DNA from: Candidatus Latescibacterota bacterium
GTDB lineage: Bacteria; Latescibacterota; UBA2968; UBA8231
Length of the DNA stretch: 64,000 nucleotides
Assembly (NCBI GenBank): GCA_965223905.1
Contig: CBDCXV010000001.1
Span: forward strand, 1,440,001-1,504,000
Reading direction: 5' to 3'
The notes under the pieces are model-generated. The model saw only the letters and a program-made list of their open reading frames with translations, was not told where the DNA came from and ran no database searches. Below are positions 39,338 to 49,635 of this stretch, in pieces. Positions within the stretch are counted from its first letter, which is position 1, and the number at the start of each line of letters is the position of its first letter. The position numbers and the translations under genes are program-made.

Positions 39338-40954
39338 TCACGGCTCGCGCGCCAGCGCTTCCCCTGCTGCCCAGGGTCGGCGGCAGGGCATTTCCCGTTC
39401 GTAGAGTGACAGGCGTTCGCGCACCCATCCATATTCGCCCTCAATACCCTCGACGAGCCCCAGTGCCTTCTTCTGCCAGCGCACGGCCTCGTTGAAACGC
39501 CCCAACCCCGCCAGGGCCATGGCCACGGTTTCGGCCGCGGCCACGGTCTCGTCTGCATCGATGGCCTGGCTGGCGATTTCCAAGGCCCGGGGACCGTCCC
39601 GTTGCGCATCCTCCGGGATCGTCGCCAGCAGCCGCGCCAGAAGCAGCCTGAGCCCCCGCCTGTCGGGGAGGGCGCTGGCGCTCTCCTGGACGGAGGCCAA
39701 GGCCTGCCCGAATCGTTCCAGATCGACAAGGGCGCGTGCAACCCCGAAGCGGGCCGGCGCCAGGCCGGGTCCCAGTTCCTGAGCGCGTCGGTAACTCACC
39801 AGCGCCTCCTCGAGGCGCCCGCGGCCGCGCAGCAAATCCCCCAACGCCAAGTGGCCCCGCTCCGAGTCCGGGTCGAGCTCCAGAGCTCGGCGTAGATGTT
39901 CCTCCGCCCTCGCGGAATCCCCATCGCCGGCGAGGGTCCTTGCGAGCAGCACGCGGCTCAGGGCGTAATCGGGGTTGCGTTCCATGAGTTCGTCAAGATG
40001 CGCCTGCGCCTCCCTGCGGCGGCCGAGCCTGAGCAGGGCAGAGGCGAGATTGTAGCGGGCGTAGGGACGATCGGGGTTGGCTGCCACCGCTAGCTCGAAT
40101 TCCCGCACCGCCGCGTCAAAACGACCGCGGCCGGCCGCCATCATGCCGCGCCTGATGTAGACCTGGACGCTCGAGCGCAGATCGCCGACCTCCTCCATGA
40201 GGGGGTCCTCGAAGGCGATCGGAATACTCGCCGGACTGATGGCCTGTTGGAGGTGAGTCCTGGCTCGCTGCGTCTCACCCAGGCTGCGGTAGGCCAGCCC
40301 GAGGGCGTAGTGAATCCGCGAAGCGCGCGGCTGCGCCGCGAGTGCCTTCTCGAGATCCTCGACAGCCCGCGCATAGTCGGCGGATTCGATCGCCACCTGA
40401 GCGCGACCGACAAGGGCCCTGTAACAGCGCGGATCGACATCGAGTGCCTGATGGAAGCGTCCGCGGGCCCTTTGGAGGCGATGCTGTTCGAGCTCTATTT
40501 CCCCCAGCCATACGAGGGTGGGAACGTCGCGCGGACGCAGTGACAGAGCCTGTTCGAAGATCCCGGTGGCGGCAGTGTAATTGCCGAGGGTGCGCTCCAC
40601 GTGTCCGAGAAGATAAGCCCAGCGAAACACCGCCGGACTCTGGGTGCGGGCGTTCAGATAGCAGGTCCGCGCCGACTCCAGGTCCATGTATGCGTGGAAG
40701 ATTTCACCCAGTTTTCCGTAGGCCCGCCCCAGGGAAGACGACGGCACGTCCGCTGCCCGCAGCAGGCTCGCGGTGGCGTCGTGTCGCTCGCGCAACTGCT
40801 GCCGCGGCGACGGGTCGAGACTGGCCAGATCGGGCAACGGGGGCAGGGGCAACAGACCGGCTGGTCGCGCAGTCCCGGTCTGGTCCTTTCCCGGGTGGCA
40901 GCCCGGCGACCAATAGAGCGCCAGCACAGCCACAACAACCTCAATCCGCACCAA
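39338..40954 (-). CDS. Secreted TPR-repeat protein
   Basis: Signal-like N-terminus with Cys, many TPR units, C-terminal LA.LLAT.P....RDG..A domain. Confidence 0.85.
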   Translation of the reverse strand: MVRIEVVVAVLALYWSPGCHPGKDQTGTARPAGLLPLPPLPDLASLDPSPRQQLRERHDATASLLRAADVPSSSLGRAYGKLGEIFHAYMDLESARTCYLNARTQSPAVFRWAYLLGHVERTLGNYTAATGIFEQALSLRPRDVPTLVWLGEIELEQHRLQRARGRFHQALDVDPRCYRALVGRAQVAIESADYARAVEDLEKALAAQPRASRIHYALGLAYRSLGETQRARTHLQQAISPASIPIAFEDPLMEEVGDLRSSVQVYIRRGMMAAGRGRFDAAVREFELAVAANPDRPYARYNLASALLRLGRRREAQAHLDELMERNPDYALSRVLLARTLAGDGDSARAEEHLRRALELDPDSERGHLALGDLLRGRGRLEEALVSYRRAQELGPGLAPARFGVARALVDLERFGQALASVQESASALPDRRGLRLLLARLLATIPEDAQRDGPRALEIASQAIDADETVAAAETVAMALAGLGRFNEAVRWQKKALGLVEGIEGEYGWVRERLSLYEREMPCRRPWAAGEALAREP

Positions 40955-40960
40955 GGCAGC

Positions 40961-42715
40961 TCATCTCCCTTCGGACCCGGTCCATTCGCCACTGCCTTCC
41001 ACCAGGACATGGTAGCGGCGCGCGGCGAGTCCCCGCCAGTACTCCCGCCGCCCACTGGGCCAGAGCACTTCCACCCGCGCGGCGGCATCGCCGTCCCCCA
41101 GGCCGAACAGGACCCGGGGGTCGTTCGACGCCAGGTAGCTGGCGGCGGCGCGCGCGCGCCTGACCAGGGCGGCCTTGCCATTCCGCACGAGGGCCACCCT
41201 GCCCCCCGTCACGTCCCGCCCGGAAGGTCCCACCAGACGCACTCCCAACCAGGCGGATCGGGCCCCGACCTGGTTAAGCAGGAGCTGGACGGGGCCGTTG
41301 TTGTTGCTCACCAGGACATCGGTGTCGCCGTCGTTGTCGACATCCCCCACCGCCGCCCCCCGGCTGACATTTGCCTGATTCAGGACCGGGGCCCGCGCCG
41401 TGGCGTCAAGGAACCGGCCCCCCCGGTTCACGAATAGATGATTCCGCTGCGCGAGGGCCAGGGGATCCCCCGCCGCCCGCAGGCTGGGGATGGTCTTGAC
41501 GGCTCCGTTGACGGCGATCAGGTCCAGCCAGCCGTCGTTGTCCACGTCGAGGAAGGCGGTGCCGAAACCGGTGAACCCGAGGCTCGGCGTCCCCAACCCG
41601 GCCGCGGCCGAGCGGTCGAAGAAGAGACCGCGGCCGTCGTTGAGGTAGAGGGTGTTGAACTCCATCCGCAGATGGGTCATGAACAGGTCTTCGTCGCCAT
41701 CGCCGTCGACGTCGCCAGCGTCGACGCCCATGCTCGCCTGCGTGCGTCCCTGCGCGTCGACGGCGCCGCCGCGCATCAAGGCCTCTTCGCGGAGGCGCCC
41801 GTTCCCCTGGTTCATCCACAGCCTGTTGGCGGCCTGGTCGTTGGCCACGTAGATGTCGAGCCAGCCGTTGTCGTCGAAGTCGGCGACGGCGACACCCAGG
41901 CCGGGCCCGGGAGCACCGATCAGCCCGACCTCACCGGAGATATCGGCAAAACCACCGTCTCCGAGGTTGCGCAGCAGCAGGTCCGTCTCCGGCCGGTAAC
42001 TCATCGGCCCGCAGTACTCCGGCGCACCGTGTTCGGTGGCGCATACCTTGTGGTTGGCTGCCCGGAAATCGACGTAGTTGGCCACGTAAAGGTCGAGTAG
42101 CCCATCCTGGTCGTAGTCGACGAAGGCCGCACTCGTCGACCAGCGCGGATCGTCCGTTCCGCTGCCGGCGGCAGCATCGCTGAAGGTGCCGTCGCCATCG
42201 TTGTGCCACAGTTGATTGGGTCCCAGGTTGGTCACGTACAGATCGATCCAGCCGTCCCCGTCGTAATCGCCGGCGGCCACACCCATGCCGTACCCGCAGG
42301 CCGTTATCCGGCTCGCTTCGGTCACGTCTTTAAAGCGCAGTCCGCCCGGGCGATGGACAGAAATCGGCAGGTCATTGCGGTACAGGACGTCGCACGGACG
42401 GTCCTCCTGGGTCAGCGAGGAGAACGCAGGCGACGCATCCTTCGCCCTCAGCTCCCGGCCTTGCACCAGGTAGACATCCAGATCTCCGTCGTTGTCGTAA
42501 TCGAACAGGGCGCCACCGGATCCCATTATCTCACTGATGTAATAGTCGCCCGACATACCGTTGAAATGGAGGAAATCGAGGCCTGACGCCATGGCCCCGT
42601 CAACGAAGATCCCGGCAGCCGACTCGGGGGCTTCGGGAGAGGCCTGGCAACCGGCAAAGGGCAGCAAGGCCGTAGCGAGTGCCGGGAAGATCAGCGCGTT
42701 TTTCGGGGTAAGCAC
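40961..42715 (-). CDS. CRTAC1 / FG-GAP + ASPIC-UnbV domain lipoprotein
   Basis: Repeated DYDNDGDLD/DYDGDGWID motifs, SRGAAVGDVDNDGD.D, SYLASNDPR..FGLG, V.WPSG. Start is uncertain (GTG 42715). Confidence 0.88.
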   Translation of the reverse strand: MLTPKNALIFPALATALLPFAGCQASPEAPESAAGIFVDGAMASGLDFLHFNGMSGDYYISEIMGSGGALFDYDNDGDLDVYLVQGRELRAKDASPAFSSLTQEDRPCDVLYRNDLPISVHRPGGLRFKDVTEASRITACGYGMGVAAGDYDGDGWIDLYVTNLGPNQLWHNDGDGTFSDAAAGSGTDDPRWSTSAAFVDYDQDGLLDLYVANYVDFRAANHKVCATEHGAPEYCGPMSYRPETDLLLRNLGDGGFADISGEVGLIGAPGPGLGVAVADFDDNGWLDIYVANDQAANRLWMNQGNGRLREEALMRGGAVDAQGRTQASMGVDAGDVDGDGDEDLFMTHLRMEFNTLYLNDGRGLFFDRSAAAGLGTPSLGFTGFGTAFLDVDNDGWLDLIAVNGAVKTIPSLRAAGDPLALAQRNHLFVNRGGRFLDATARAPVLNQANVSRGAAVGDVDNDGDTDVLVSNNNGPVQLLLNQVGARSAWLGVRLVGPSGRDVTGGRVALVRNGKAALVRRARAAASYLASNDPRVLFGLGDGDAAARVEVLWPSGRREYWRGLAARRYHVLVEGSGEWTGSEGR

Positions 42716-42916
42716 GATGGAGTACAGTGGTCCCCCGGCTTTGAGGTTGAAGGGAGCGCCCTGGCGCGCTCGATTGCGGCGGGAAACGGGGCGCCAGGGC
42801 CACCCTCCGGGGCGTGGGAGCGCGGGCAGTGCCGGGTGCTTCGACGCCCGAGTGGGGCAACTTGCGGCCGCGACGCGACACTGGAGCGGTCTACTTGCAA
42901 CGGTAGGACGCGCCAA

Positions 42917-42932
42917 ATAAAGTTAGCTTTAT
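42917..42932. promoter_or_regulatory. AT-rich palindrome ATAAAG-TTAG-CTTTAT in the divergent promoter region
   Basis: Perfect 6-bp arms in an otherwise GC-rich spacer between two divergent operons. Confidence 0.4.
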
Positions 42933-43062
42933 CAGCCACTGCGAGACATAAGCCCGCCAAGCGGCCGCTGGGGATTCGCCATATGAAACTCGAGTCACCG
43001 ACCGGCGGTCGATGCTCCGACTCCGAGCCTGTTGCGAAGCTTCCCTGAGGTCGTGGGTAACC

Positions 43063-44751
43063 ATGTATTTTGCCGTGGCCATTTCCCTTTTTTTTCTCGT
43101 CGCCTGCGACTTGGGCAACCCGCCCGCCCGCACTTCAACTCCGCAAGCAGCCCCCGTCTTCACCGAGATCGCCAGCGAGCTCGAAATCGAGTTCCGAAAC
43201 GACCGTCCCGCCACGCGGGATCACTTCATGGCCGAGGCCATCGGCCCGGGGGGGGCCATTCTCGATTACGACAACGACGGGGACCTCGACATCTACCTGG
43301 TAAACGGATTTCGCGACGCCGACGGGCACCTGGAAACGGCGGCGGGGGCGAACCGACTCTTCCGTCAGGAGACACCCTCGCGGTTCGTCGATGTGACCGC
43401 CGCGGCCGGTGTCGGGCAGACCGGCTACGGCATGGGGGCCGCCGTCGGCGATATGGACAACGACGGCCTGGTCGACCTGTACGTCGCCAACTACGGGCCC
43501 GACTGCCTCTACCACAACGAGAACGGCCACACCTTCACCGACGTCACCGACCGCGCTGGCATCGCCGCCCCGGGATGGGGCGTCTCGGCCGGGTTCTTCG
43601 ACTATGACAACGATGGCTTTCTCGATCTGTTCGTGACCCGGTACGTGGATTACGATCCCGCGGTACGGGCCATCGACGCCTCCGAAAAGCTGGAGTATCC
43701 ATCGCCGGCCCGGTTCGACGGCCTGCCCGACCTCCTGTTCCACAATCGCGGCGACGGCACCTTCGACGAGGTCAGCGCCCAGGCCGGTCTCGCGTCCACG
43801 CCGGGCCGCGGTCTCGGGGTCGCTTTCATCGACCTCAACGCCGACCAGCTCGTCGACATCTACGTGGCCAACGACGGAGACCCCAATTTCGCCTGGATCA
43901 ACGATCGCTCCGGCCGCTTCGAGGAAAGGGCTCAGGTCCTCGGCCTGGCCGTAAATGGATATGGGCAACCCGAAGCGGGGATGGGCATCGCCCTCGGCGA
44001 CTACGACGAAAACGGCACGGTCGACATCCTGGTGACCCACCTGGTTCAGGAGTCCAACACCCTGTACCGGCAGGTCTCTCCCGGGATCTTCGAGGATGGC
44101 ACCGCCGGTAGCGGGCTGGGCCCGGCCAGCTTCAACTCCACGGCGTTCGGGACCGCCTTCGCCGATCTGGATGGGGATGGAGACATCGATCTGCTGACGG
44201 TCAATGGTCGGGTTACGCGCGCCTTGGCTGCCCGCCGTACCGATGTGAAGGAGCATTGGCGGCAGTACGCGGAGGCCAATCAGCTCTTTCTCAACCAGGG
44301 GCAAGGACGCTATGCGGAACTCCGCTCTCGCGGCGACGAGTTCACAGGCGCCGTCGAAGTCAGCCGAGGACTTGCCCTTGGAGATCTGGACGGGGATGGA
44401 GATCTCGACGTCCTGGTCACCAATGCCAACGGCACCGCCCGCATCTATCGCAACGAATTCCCCGACTCCGGGAACTGGCTGATCGTGCGCGCCGTCGAGC
44501 CCGCTCTGCGGCGCGATGCCTACGGCGCCACCATCACCGTGGTGACATCAGGGAAGGAGAGACAGCGCCTGATGACGCCAACTCGAAGCTACCTGACCAG
44601 CAGCGATCCACGCGCGCACTTCGGCCTCGGCCCGGCGACCGCAGTTGAAGCCATCCGCGTGCAGTGGCCGGACGGCACCCGGGAAGGCTTTCCAGGCGTT
44701 CCGGCGAATCGGGTCGTCGTAGTGCGCAAAGGAGAGGGAGGCAGCCCCTGA
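43063..44751 (+). CDS. CRTAC1 / FG-GAP + ASPIC-UnbV domain lipoprotein
   Basis: Lipobox LVAC, DYDNDGDLDIY repeats, SRGLALGDLDGDGDLD, SYLTSSDPR.HFGLG, V.WPDG. Confidence 0.9.
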   Translation: MYFAVAISLFFLVACDLGNPPARTSTPQAAPVFTEIASELEIEFRNDRPATRDHFMAEAIGPGGAILDYDNDGDLDIYLVNGFRDADGHLETAAGANRLFRQETPSRFVDVTAAAGVGQTGYGMGAAVGDMDNDGLVDLYVANYGPDCLYHNENGHTFTDVTDRAGIAAPGWGVSAGFFDYDNDGFLDLFVTRYVDYDPAVRAIDASEKLEYPSPARFDGLPDLLFHNRGDGTFDEVSAQAGLASTPGRGLGVAFIDLNADQLVDIYVANDGDPNFAWINDRSGRFEERAQVLGLAVNGYGQPEAGMGIALGDYDENGTVDILVTHLVQESNTLYRQVSPGIFEDGTAGSGLGPASFNSTAFGTAFADLDGDGDIDLLTVNGRVTRALAARRTDVKEHWRQYAEANQLFLNQGQGRYAELRSRGDEFTGAVEVSRGLALGDLDGDGDLDVLVTNANGTARIYRNEFPDSGNWLIVRAVEPALRRDAYGATITVVTSGKERQRLMTPTRSYLTSSDPRAHFGLGPATAVEAIRVQWPDGTREGFPGVPANRVVVVRKGEGGSP

Positions 44752-46295
44752 TGGGACCGACCATGCCGATTCATCCCGGGGCGCTCCTCACCGCCATTGC
44801 TCTGGCCGTGCTCCCCGGGTGTCAGCCCTCCCTGCCTGGTCCTCCCACCGTCGAGGTCGAAGGCCTGGCCCCTCTACTCGCGAACGCGATCGAGGAGCGG
44901 CGCGATGAGGTGATGGCGCACCCGGCCTCCGCGGCCGCCTGGGGCCGCCTCGGCATGGTCCTCGACGTGCACGATATCCGATTCCAGGCGGTCCAGTGCT
45001 ACGAACGCGCCCACCAGCTCGATGCGGATGAATTCCGTTGGCCCTACTTCCTCGGCCTGCTGACGAGCAAGTCCGACCTCGACGCCTCCTTCTCCCACTT
45101 TCTGAAGGCTGCGCGGATCAGGGACGACTACGCGCCGTTGTTCATCCATATCGGCCGCGGCCATTTCGAGGGAGAGCGTTTCGAGGAGGCGGCGCGCGCT
45201 TTCGAGCGCGCCATCCAACTGGATGCCGGCATGCATCGCGCTCGTCTCGGCTTGGCGATGGTGGCGCTGGCACGGGACGAACCGGTCAGAGCTCGAGAGA
45301 TCCTCGAGCACGCCCGCGCCCGGGGAGCGGCCGCAGGAGAGATCCACTGGCTGTTGGCGGAGTCATACCGCCGCCTGGGTGACGAAGCGGCCTCGCACGA
45401 GCACTTCCAGCTCGCCCAACCGCTCCGCGTTCTGGAACCCGGGGCCGACCCGATACGCGAGACGATGGTGCGGAACCAGGGCTTGACCCTCGAGATGATC
45501 CGCAAGCGGTGCGATCACCTGATCGGGAGCGGACAGGCGGCAGCCGCTATCGAAGAATGGCAGCGGGCCGCGCGCGCCCAGCCGGGTTCGGCCGATGTCC
45601 TCGCCCATCTGGGCCGCGCCCATGCCCTGGCCGGCCAACTGGAGGCAGCCGTCGCGAACCTCCGCAAAGCGCTGGAGCTCGATTCCCGCCACGTCGATGC
45701 CCAGGTCCTGCTCGCCGATACCTACGTGCAACAGGATCTCGGCCTGGCCGTCGCCGCCTACCGACGCGCGCTGGAGCTCGACCCCGCGCACGCCAAGGCG
45801 AGGTTCAAGCTGGGTTCTCTGCTAGTCGCCACGGATGCCGCGGAAGAGGGACTCGACCACCTGAGGCAGGCTCACCGCGCCCTGAAAAAGGATCTGTCGG
45901 CGCACCGACATTTTCTCCTGATCCTGAAGAATGCGGGACGCTATCGGGAGGCCGTCGAGACCTACCGCCTGGCTCTCGAACAGTTCCCCGGCGATGCCGG
46001 CCTGCAGAGGGGCATGGCCTGGCTCCTGGCCACCTGTCCCGACGACCGCGTCCGCAACGGCCAGGAGGCCCTCGCCTGGGCCAGACAGGCCGCCGAATAC
46101 GCGGCGGATCCCCGGACCTTGGAAACCCTGGCCGCGGCCTACGCAGAAGCGGGGGATTTTCAGGCCGCCGTGAGAAGCGCGACACAGGCCAAGGAACTAC
46201 TGCTGAAAGAGGGCGCAATCTCGGCCGTGGGACAGTTGGATCAACGCCTGGGACTGTACAGGGACGGGAAACCGTACCGCGAACCGCGGCGGTAG
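44751..46295 (+). CDS. TPR-repeat lipoprotein
   Basis: Lipobox LPGC, TPR units, C-terminal AWLLATCPD..VRNG.EA. TGATG coupling to the upstream gene. Confidence 0.85.
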   Translation: MGPTMPIHPGALLTAIALAVLPGCQPSLPGPPTVEVEGLAPLLANAIEERRDEVMAHPASAAAWGRLGMVLDVHDIRFQAVQCYERAHQLDADEFRWPYFLGLLTSKSDLDASFSHFLKAARIRDDYAPLFIHIGRGHFEGERFEEAARAFERAIQLDAGMHRARLGLAMVALARDEPVRAREILEHARARGAAAGEIHWLLAESYRRLGDEAASHEHFQLAQPLRVLEPGADPIRETMVRNQGLTLEMIRKRCDHLIGSGQAAAAIEEWQRAARAQPGSADVLAHLGRAHALAGQLEAAVANLRKALELDSRHVDAQVLLADTYVQQDLGLAVAAYRRALELDPAHAKARFKLGSLLVATDAAEEGLDHLRQAHRALKKDLSAHRHFLLILKNAGRYREAVETYRLALEQFPGDAGLQRGMAWLLATCPDDRVRNGQEALAWARQAAEYAADPRTLETLAAAYAEAGDFQAAVRSATQAKELLLKEGAISAVGQLDQRLGLYRDGKPYREPRR

Positions 46296-46325
46296 CGGCA
46301 TCCGCGACGGGACCGTCCTCACCGG

Positions 46326-47528
46326 TCACTTCCAGGGGAGCAGCCTGTCGGGCGCGTTCCGATCGATGCTCGCCCCGCGCGGTCGAGGGCCGAGGGGCCG
46401 GATCGGCTCACTGTCGGCGGGACGATAGGGGATGTCCAGGTAGGGTGTATCGATGACTCTGTGGTCCTCGTAGCGGGAGTTCATCACGGCATCGATGACG
46501 CCCGTGGTCAGCAGGGTCCGTTCCGGAGGGTAGGGCGGGACCCCGGTCTGGAAGAAACGCTGGATGTTGCGGCACAGGTAACCGAAGCTGGCGCCCGGAC
46601 CATCGGGCTGAAGGTAGAACTCGGTCGCCAGCGCCTGGCCGTTGACGCGGGCGGCGTAGGCCCAGTCATGGACATACCCGTGCAGCAGCAGGGCGGCGGT
46701 CCCCAGACCGTCGTTGTGCTCCATGAGGAACAGCCTCGGCATGCCGGCATGCTCCTGCATCGAGCCCTCCGGTTTGGCCTCGATGGCGGCGCAAGCCGCC
46801 TCCGCCAGTTCCGGTGACCACAGGCCCCGCTCTGCGGCCGTCCAGACTTCCTCCCCTTCCAGGCACTGCACCGAGCGCACGCCGCTCTCTCCTCCCGAAC
46901 GGCGCTCCACCATGCACTGCAGGGTCTCCAGCGTGTGGTAACCGTAGGCTTCGACCTTGCCGAAACCGATGGCCAGGGCTTCCTCGATCTCGGTTCCGGC
47001 CGGGTGCTCGAGCCAGGGATTGCGCCATGCCAGCGGCAGGCAGGAACCGGCCATCAGGGGAATGTCCAGCTCCGCGGCGCGGTTCCACATCCACAGGGCG
47101 TCGGCGAAATCGCAGGCGAAGTGCTTGTCGTTGAACACGGGCACCGAGCGGCCGCTGTGGCCGAACTCGCCGGCGATCTGCTCGAAGAAGTAACGGCGGG
47201 GATAGACGATTCTCTCGCGCTCGTTCCACGGATAGTCGCCGTGCTCGCCGATCAGGAGCACGGCGTCGACAGCGAGCTTGTTACCGCCAAGAGTGAGAGC
47301 GCTGCGGATGCTTGGGAACACCGGAACGTCGTGCTCGCGAGCCATCGCCATGCCGATGTCGCTGTCGAGGACGTGATCGATGTACAGGGAGGCGACGTCC
47401 ACTTCCGGTGGATACAGCCCCTCGTCCGTGGACATTCCCTTCAGGAATTTGGTGACGATGGCGTCGGCGTGGGAGGCCGCGTAGTAGACCGTGCAGATGG
47501 CCGCTACGCGCAACCGATCAGCCCTCAT
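46326..47528 (-). CDS. Conserved hypothetical protein (oxidoreductase-like fold suspected)
   Basis: Clean GC-biased ORF coupled to the upstream gene. Motifs SHAD.I, VDAVLLIGEHGDYP, FNDKH, MAGS, YG.H.LE, PYPPERTLLT. Confidence 0.75.
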   Translation of the reverse strand: MRADRLRVAAICTVYYAASHADAIVTKFLKGMSTDEGLYPPEVDVASLYIDHVLDSDIGMAMAREHDVPVFPSIRSALTLGGNKLAVDAVLLIGEHGDYPWNERERIVYPRRYFFEQIAGEFGHSGRSVPVFNDKHFACDFADALWMWNRAAELDIPLMAGSCLPLAWRNPWLEHPAGTEIEEALAIGFGKVEAYGYHTLETLQCMVERRSGGESGVRSVQCLEGEEVWTAAERGLWSPELAEAACAAIEAKPEGSMQEHAGMPRLFLMEHNDGLGTAALLLHGYVHDWAYAARVNGQALATEFYLQPDGPGASFGYLCRNIQRFFQTGVPPYPPERTLLTTGVIDAVMNSRYEDHRVIDTPYLDIPYRPADSEPIRPLGPRPRGASIDRNAPDRLLPWK

Positions 47529-48418
47529 CCGCCCTCGCTGCCGCCGCGCTTCTGGGCGAAGATCCAGTCGAGGAGCTCGGGGTTGTCGAAGGCCAGGGGC
47601 CAGACCACGTGTCGCTCCCCCGGATACTCCGTGTACCTGGGGTTCCCCCCCGCCTTCCGGAGCGCTTCGACGATGTCGCGGGAGTAGGCCACCGGCACGG
47701 CGACGTCCTTCTCGCCGTGGAAGGCCCACACCGGGAGGTGGGCGATGGTCTCCGCCAGGGCCGGATCCGCCCCCCCGGCGACGGGGACGGCGGCGGCGAA
47801 CAGGTCCGGGCGGGAGATGATGAAATGCCAGGTCCCGTACCCGCCCATCGATTGACCAGTGATGTAGGTTCTGTCGCGGTCAATGCTGAATTCGCTCTGC
47901 AGCTGTTCGATGAGGGCAAAGACGCTCGAGCTGACGCCCTCCGGTACGGGCAGCGTGGTCTGCTTTTGCCATTTGGCCATGACGCTTTCCTGAACCGAGA
48001 AGCCCCAGTTTTTCTTCGCCGGACATTGCGGAACCAGGACGAAGCAGGGGTAGCGTTCGCGGTTCTCCGGTTTGGCCAATACCTGTGCAGCCCAGGAACC
48101 GGCGACCTGTTTGACGTTGTCCGCTCCCCGCGCGCCAACTCCGGCAAGGCAAACCACGAGCGGGTATTCCTTCCCGGGATCGTAGTCGCGAGGTGGCAGC
48201 AGCCGGTAGCGCAAGGTATCGCCGTCAACATCGCCGTAGGAGCGCGCCTCGAAGAGGGGGACGACGGTCTCCGGGGCTTCCCGCAGAGCGATGGCGAAGC
48301 GATCGGCGGCCTTCATCTCGTCCGCCTTTTCTGCTGCCGGCTCCGTCTCCGAACAGCCGGAAAGGGCGAGAGAGCCGATAATCGACAGCGCCGCGGTCGA
48401 GGAGGTTATTCGCGACAT
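47525..48418 (-). CDS. Alpha/beta-hydrolase lipoprotein (predicted peptidase/esterase)
   Basis: Lipobox LSGC, YPLVV.L.G.G..G.DN, PQCP, GQSMGGYG, HG..D..VP, H.VW. Confidence 0.85.
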   Translation of the reverse strand: MSRITSSTAALSIIGSLALSGCSETEPAAEKADEMKAADRFAIALREAPETVVPLFEARSYGDVDGDTLRYRLLPPRDYDPGKEYPLVVCLAGVGARGADNVKQVAGSWAAQVLAKPENRERYPCFVLVPQCPAKKNWGFSVQESVMAKWQKQTTLPVPEGVSSSVFALIEQLQSEFSIDRDRTYITGQSMGGYGTWHFIISRPDLFAAAVPVAGGADPALAETIAHLPVWAFHGEKDVAVPVAYSRDIVEALRKAGGNPRYTEYPGERHVVWPLAFDNPELLDWIFAQKRGGSEGG

Positions 48419-48434
48419 GCAAGACTCGAGCGGG

Positions 48435-49628
48435 CTACTGCTCCAGACGCCGGTCGATGAATTCGAAGGTGCAGGTCGCCGTTACCTTGGCGGTTGAGGA
48501 GGGCGTCATCGACGCCAGGGTGTCGGCCCGCGATCTCGCCGCCCCGGACGAGGCTTTGAGGCGCCAGCTCTGAACGGTGCGCCGAACACACTCGTTCACC
48601 TCCGCGCTGACGACGGAGGATGAGAGGATCGCAGCTTCCTTCACCAGACCGGATGGGAGGATGGTGAAACGCACGGCGACTTCCCCTTCCGAAGCCTTGC
48701 CGGCGGCGAACTCCTTTTCGAAGCAGCGATTGATATCCGCCAGCTTCGTCTTGGCGAAGGCGTCGATGGCGGTCACGTCGCGAGTGATATCACCGGTGAC
48801 GCTGCCGCTGACTTCGCTGGAGCCGCTCAACCTGGCGCGGGTGACCTGCTCGGCGGCGGCGTGCCATTCCTCCTGCTCCCAGGGCTCGACGGTCGTCCGC
48901 CGATCGAACTCGAAGGACAGGTCGACGGTTTCCAACGGTTTGTCGAAGGCGTTGAACTTCAGGACGAAGTCCCTGATCCGCAGGGTGACCGTCTCGACCT
49001 CCTCTTCGAGGGGTTCGAAGACGATGAATCCTCCGTATTTCTCGCCCTTGAAGATCTTCTCATCGCTCAGGTAGTTGTTCGTCCGCACGATACCCATGCG
49101 CATGTTGAAGCGGTAGTACTCATTGCCGCTGGGTCCCCGGCGTGTCCGGTAGTAGGACTCGAAGTTGTGGCGGGCGGACCCGGCCAGGACGCCGTAGGGC
49201 TCGATGACCTCACCCTTCCGGTTTGTCGTGACCAGGGAGCGCAGCGGCGGCAACTCCACCTTGGCGTGGTTGAGGTTGTGCACGGTTACCCGGAAGACCG
49301 TGAAGCGGTTGCGGACGTACCCCACGCCCGGATCAACGTAGTTGCCGTAGGTGTACGGATTCGAGGAATAGGGTCCCTGGGTGGACTCCAGGGGGAACTG
49401 CCGGTTCAGCGCCTGGTCGGTCATGTGCTCGACATCGATGCGCAGATCCTCCGCCTCGTAGGAGATCACACCGTCCGCTCCCAGGGTGTAGAGCGGTCCC
49501 TGGTCAGCTCTGGAAACCAGGCTGGAGGTGTACTCGAATTTCGGCGGGAAGATGAGCGCGCAGCTCGACAGAAGCGGCAACGCCACCGCCATGCCGGGAC
49601 GCCGAGGAAGCCTGTCCCCCATCCTCAT
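48435..49628 (-). CDS. Lipoprotein with a C-terminal TonB-C-like (AgmX/PglI C-terminal) domain
   Basis: Lipobox LSSC. C-terminus I..CFE......EG.V.VRFTI..SG.V......S.......C+......W. Confidence 0.7.
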   Translation of the reverse strand: MRMGDRLPRRPGMAVALPLLSSCALIFPPKFEYTSSLVSRADQGPLYTLGADGVISYEAEDLRIDVEHMTDQALNRQFPLESTQGPYSSNPYTYGNYVDPGVGYVRNRFTVFRVTVHNLNHAKVELPPLRSLVTTNRKGEVIEPYGVLAGSARHNFESYYRTRRGPSGNEYYRFNMRMGIVRTNNYLSDEKIFKGEKYGGFIVFEPLEEEVETVTLRIRDFVLKFNAFDKPLETVDLSFEFDRRTTVEPWEQEEWHAAAEQVTRARLSGSSEVSGSVTGDITRDVTAIDAFAKTKLADINRCFEKEFAAGKASEGEVAVRFTILPSGLVKEAAILSSSVVSAEVNECVRRTVQSWRLKASSGAARSRADTLASMTPSSTAKVTATCTFEFIDRRLEQ

Positions 49629-49635
49629 ATGCCCC

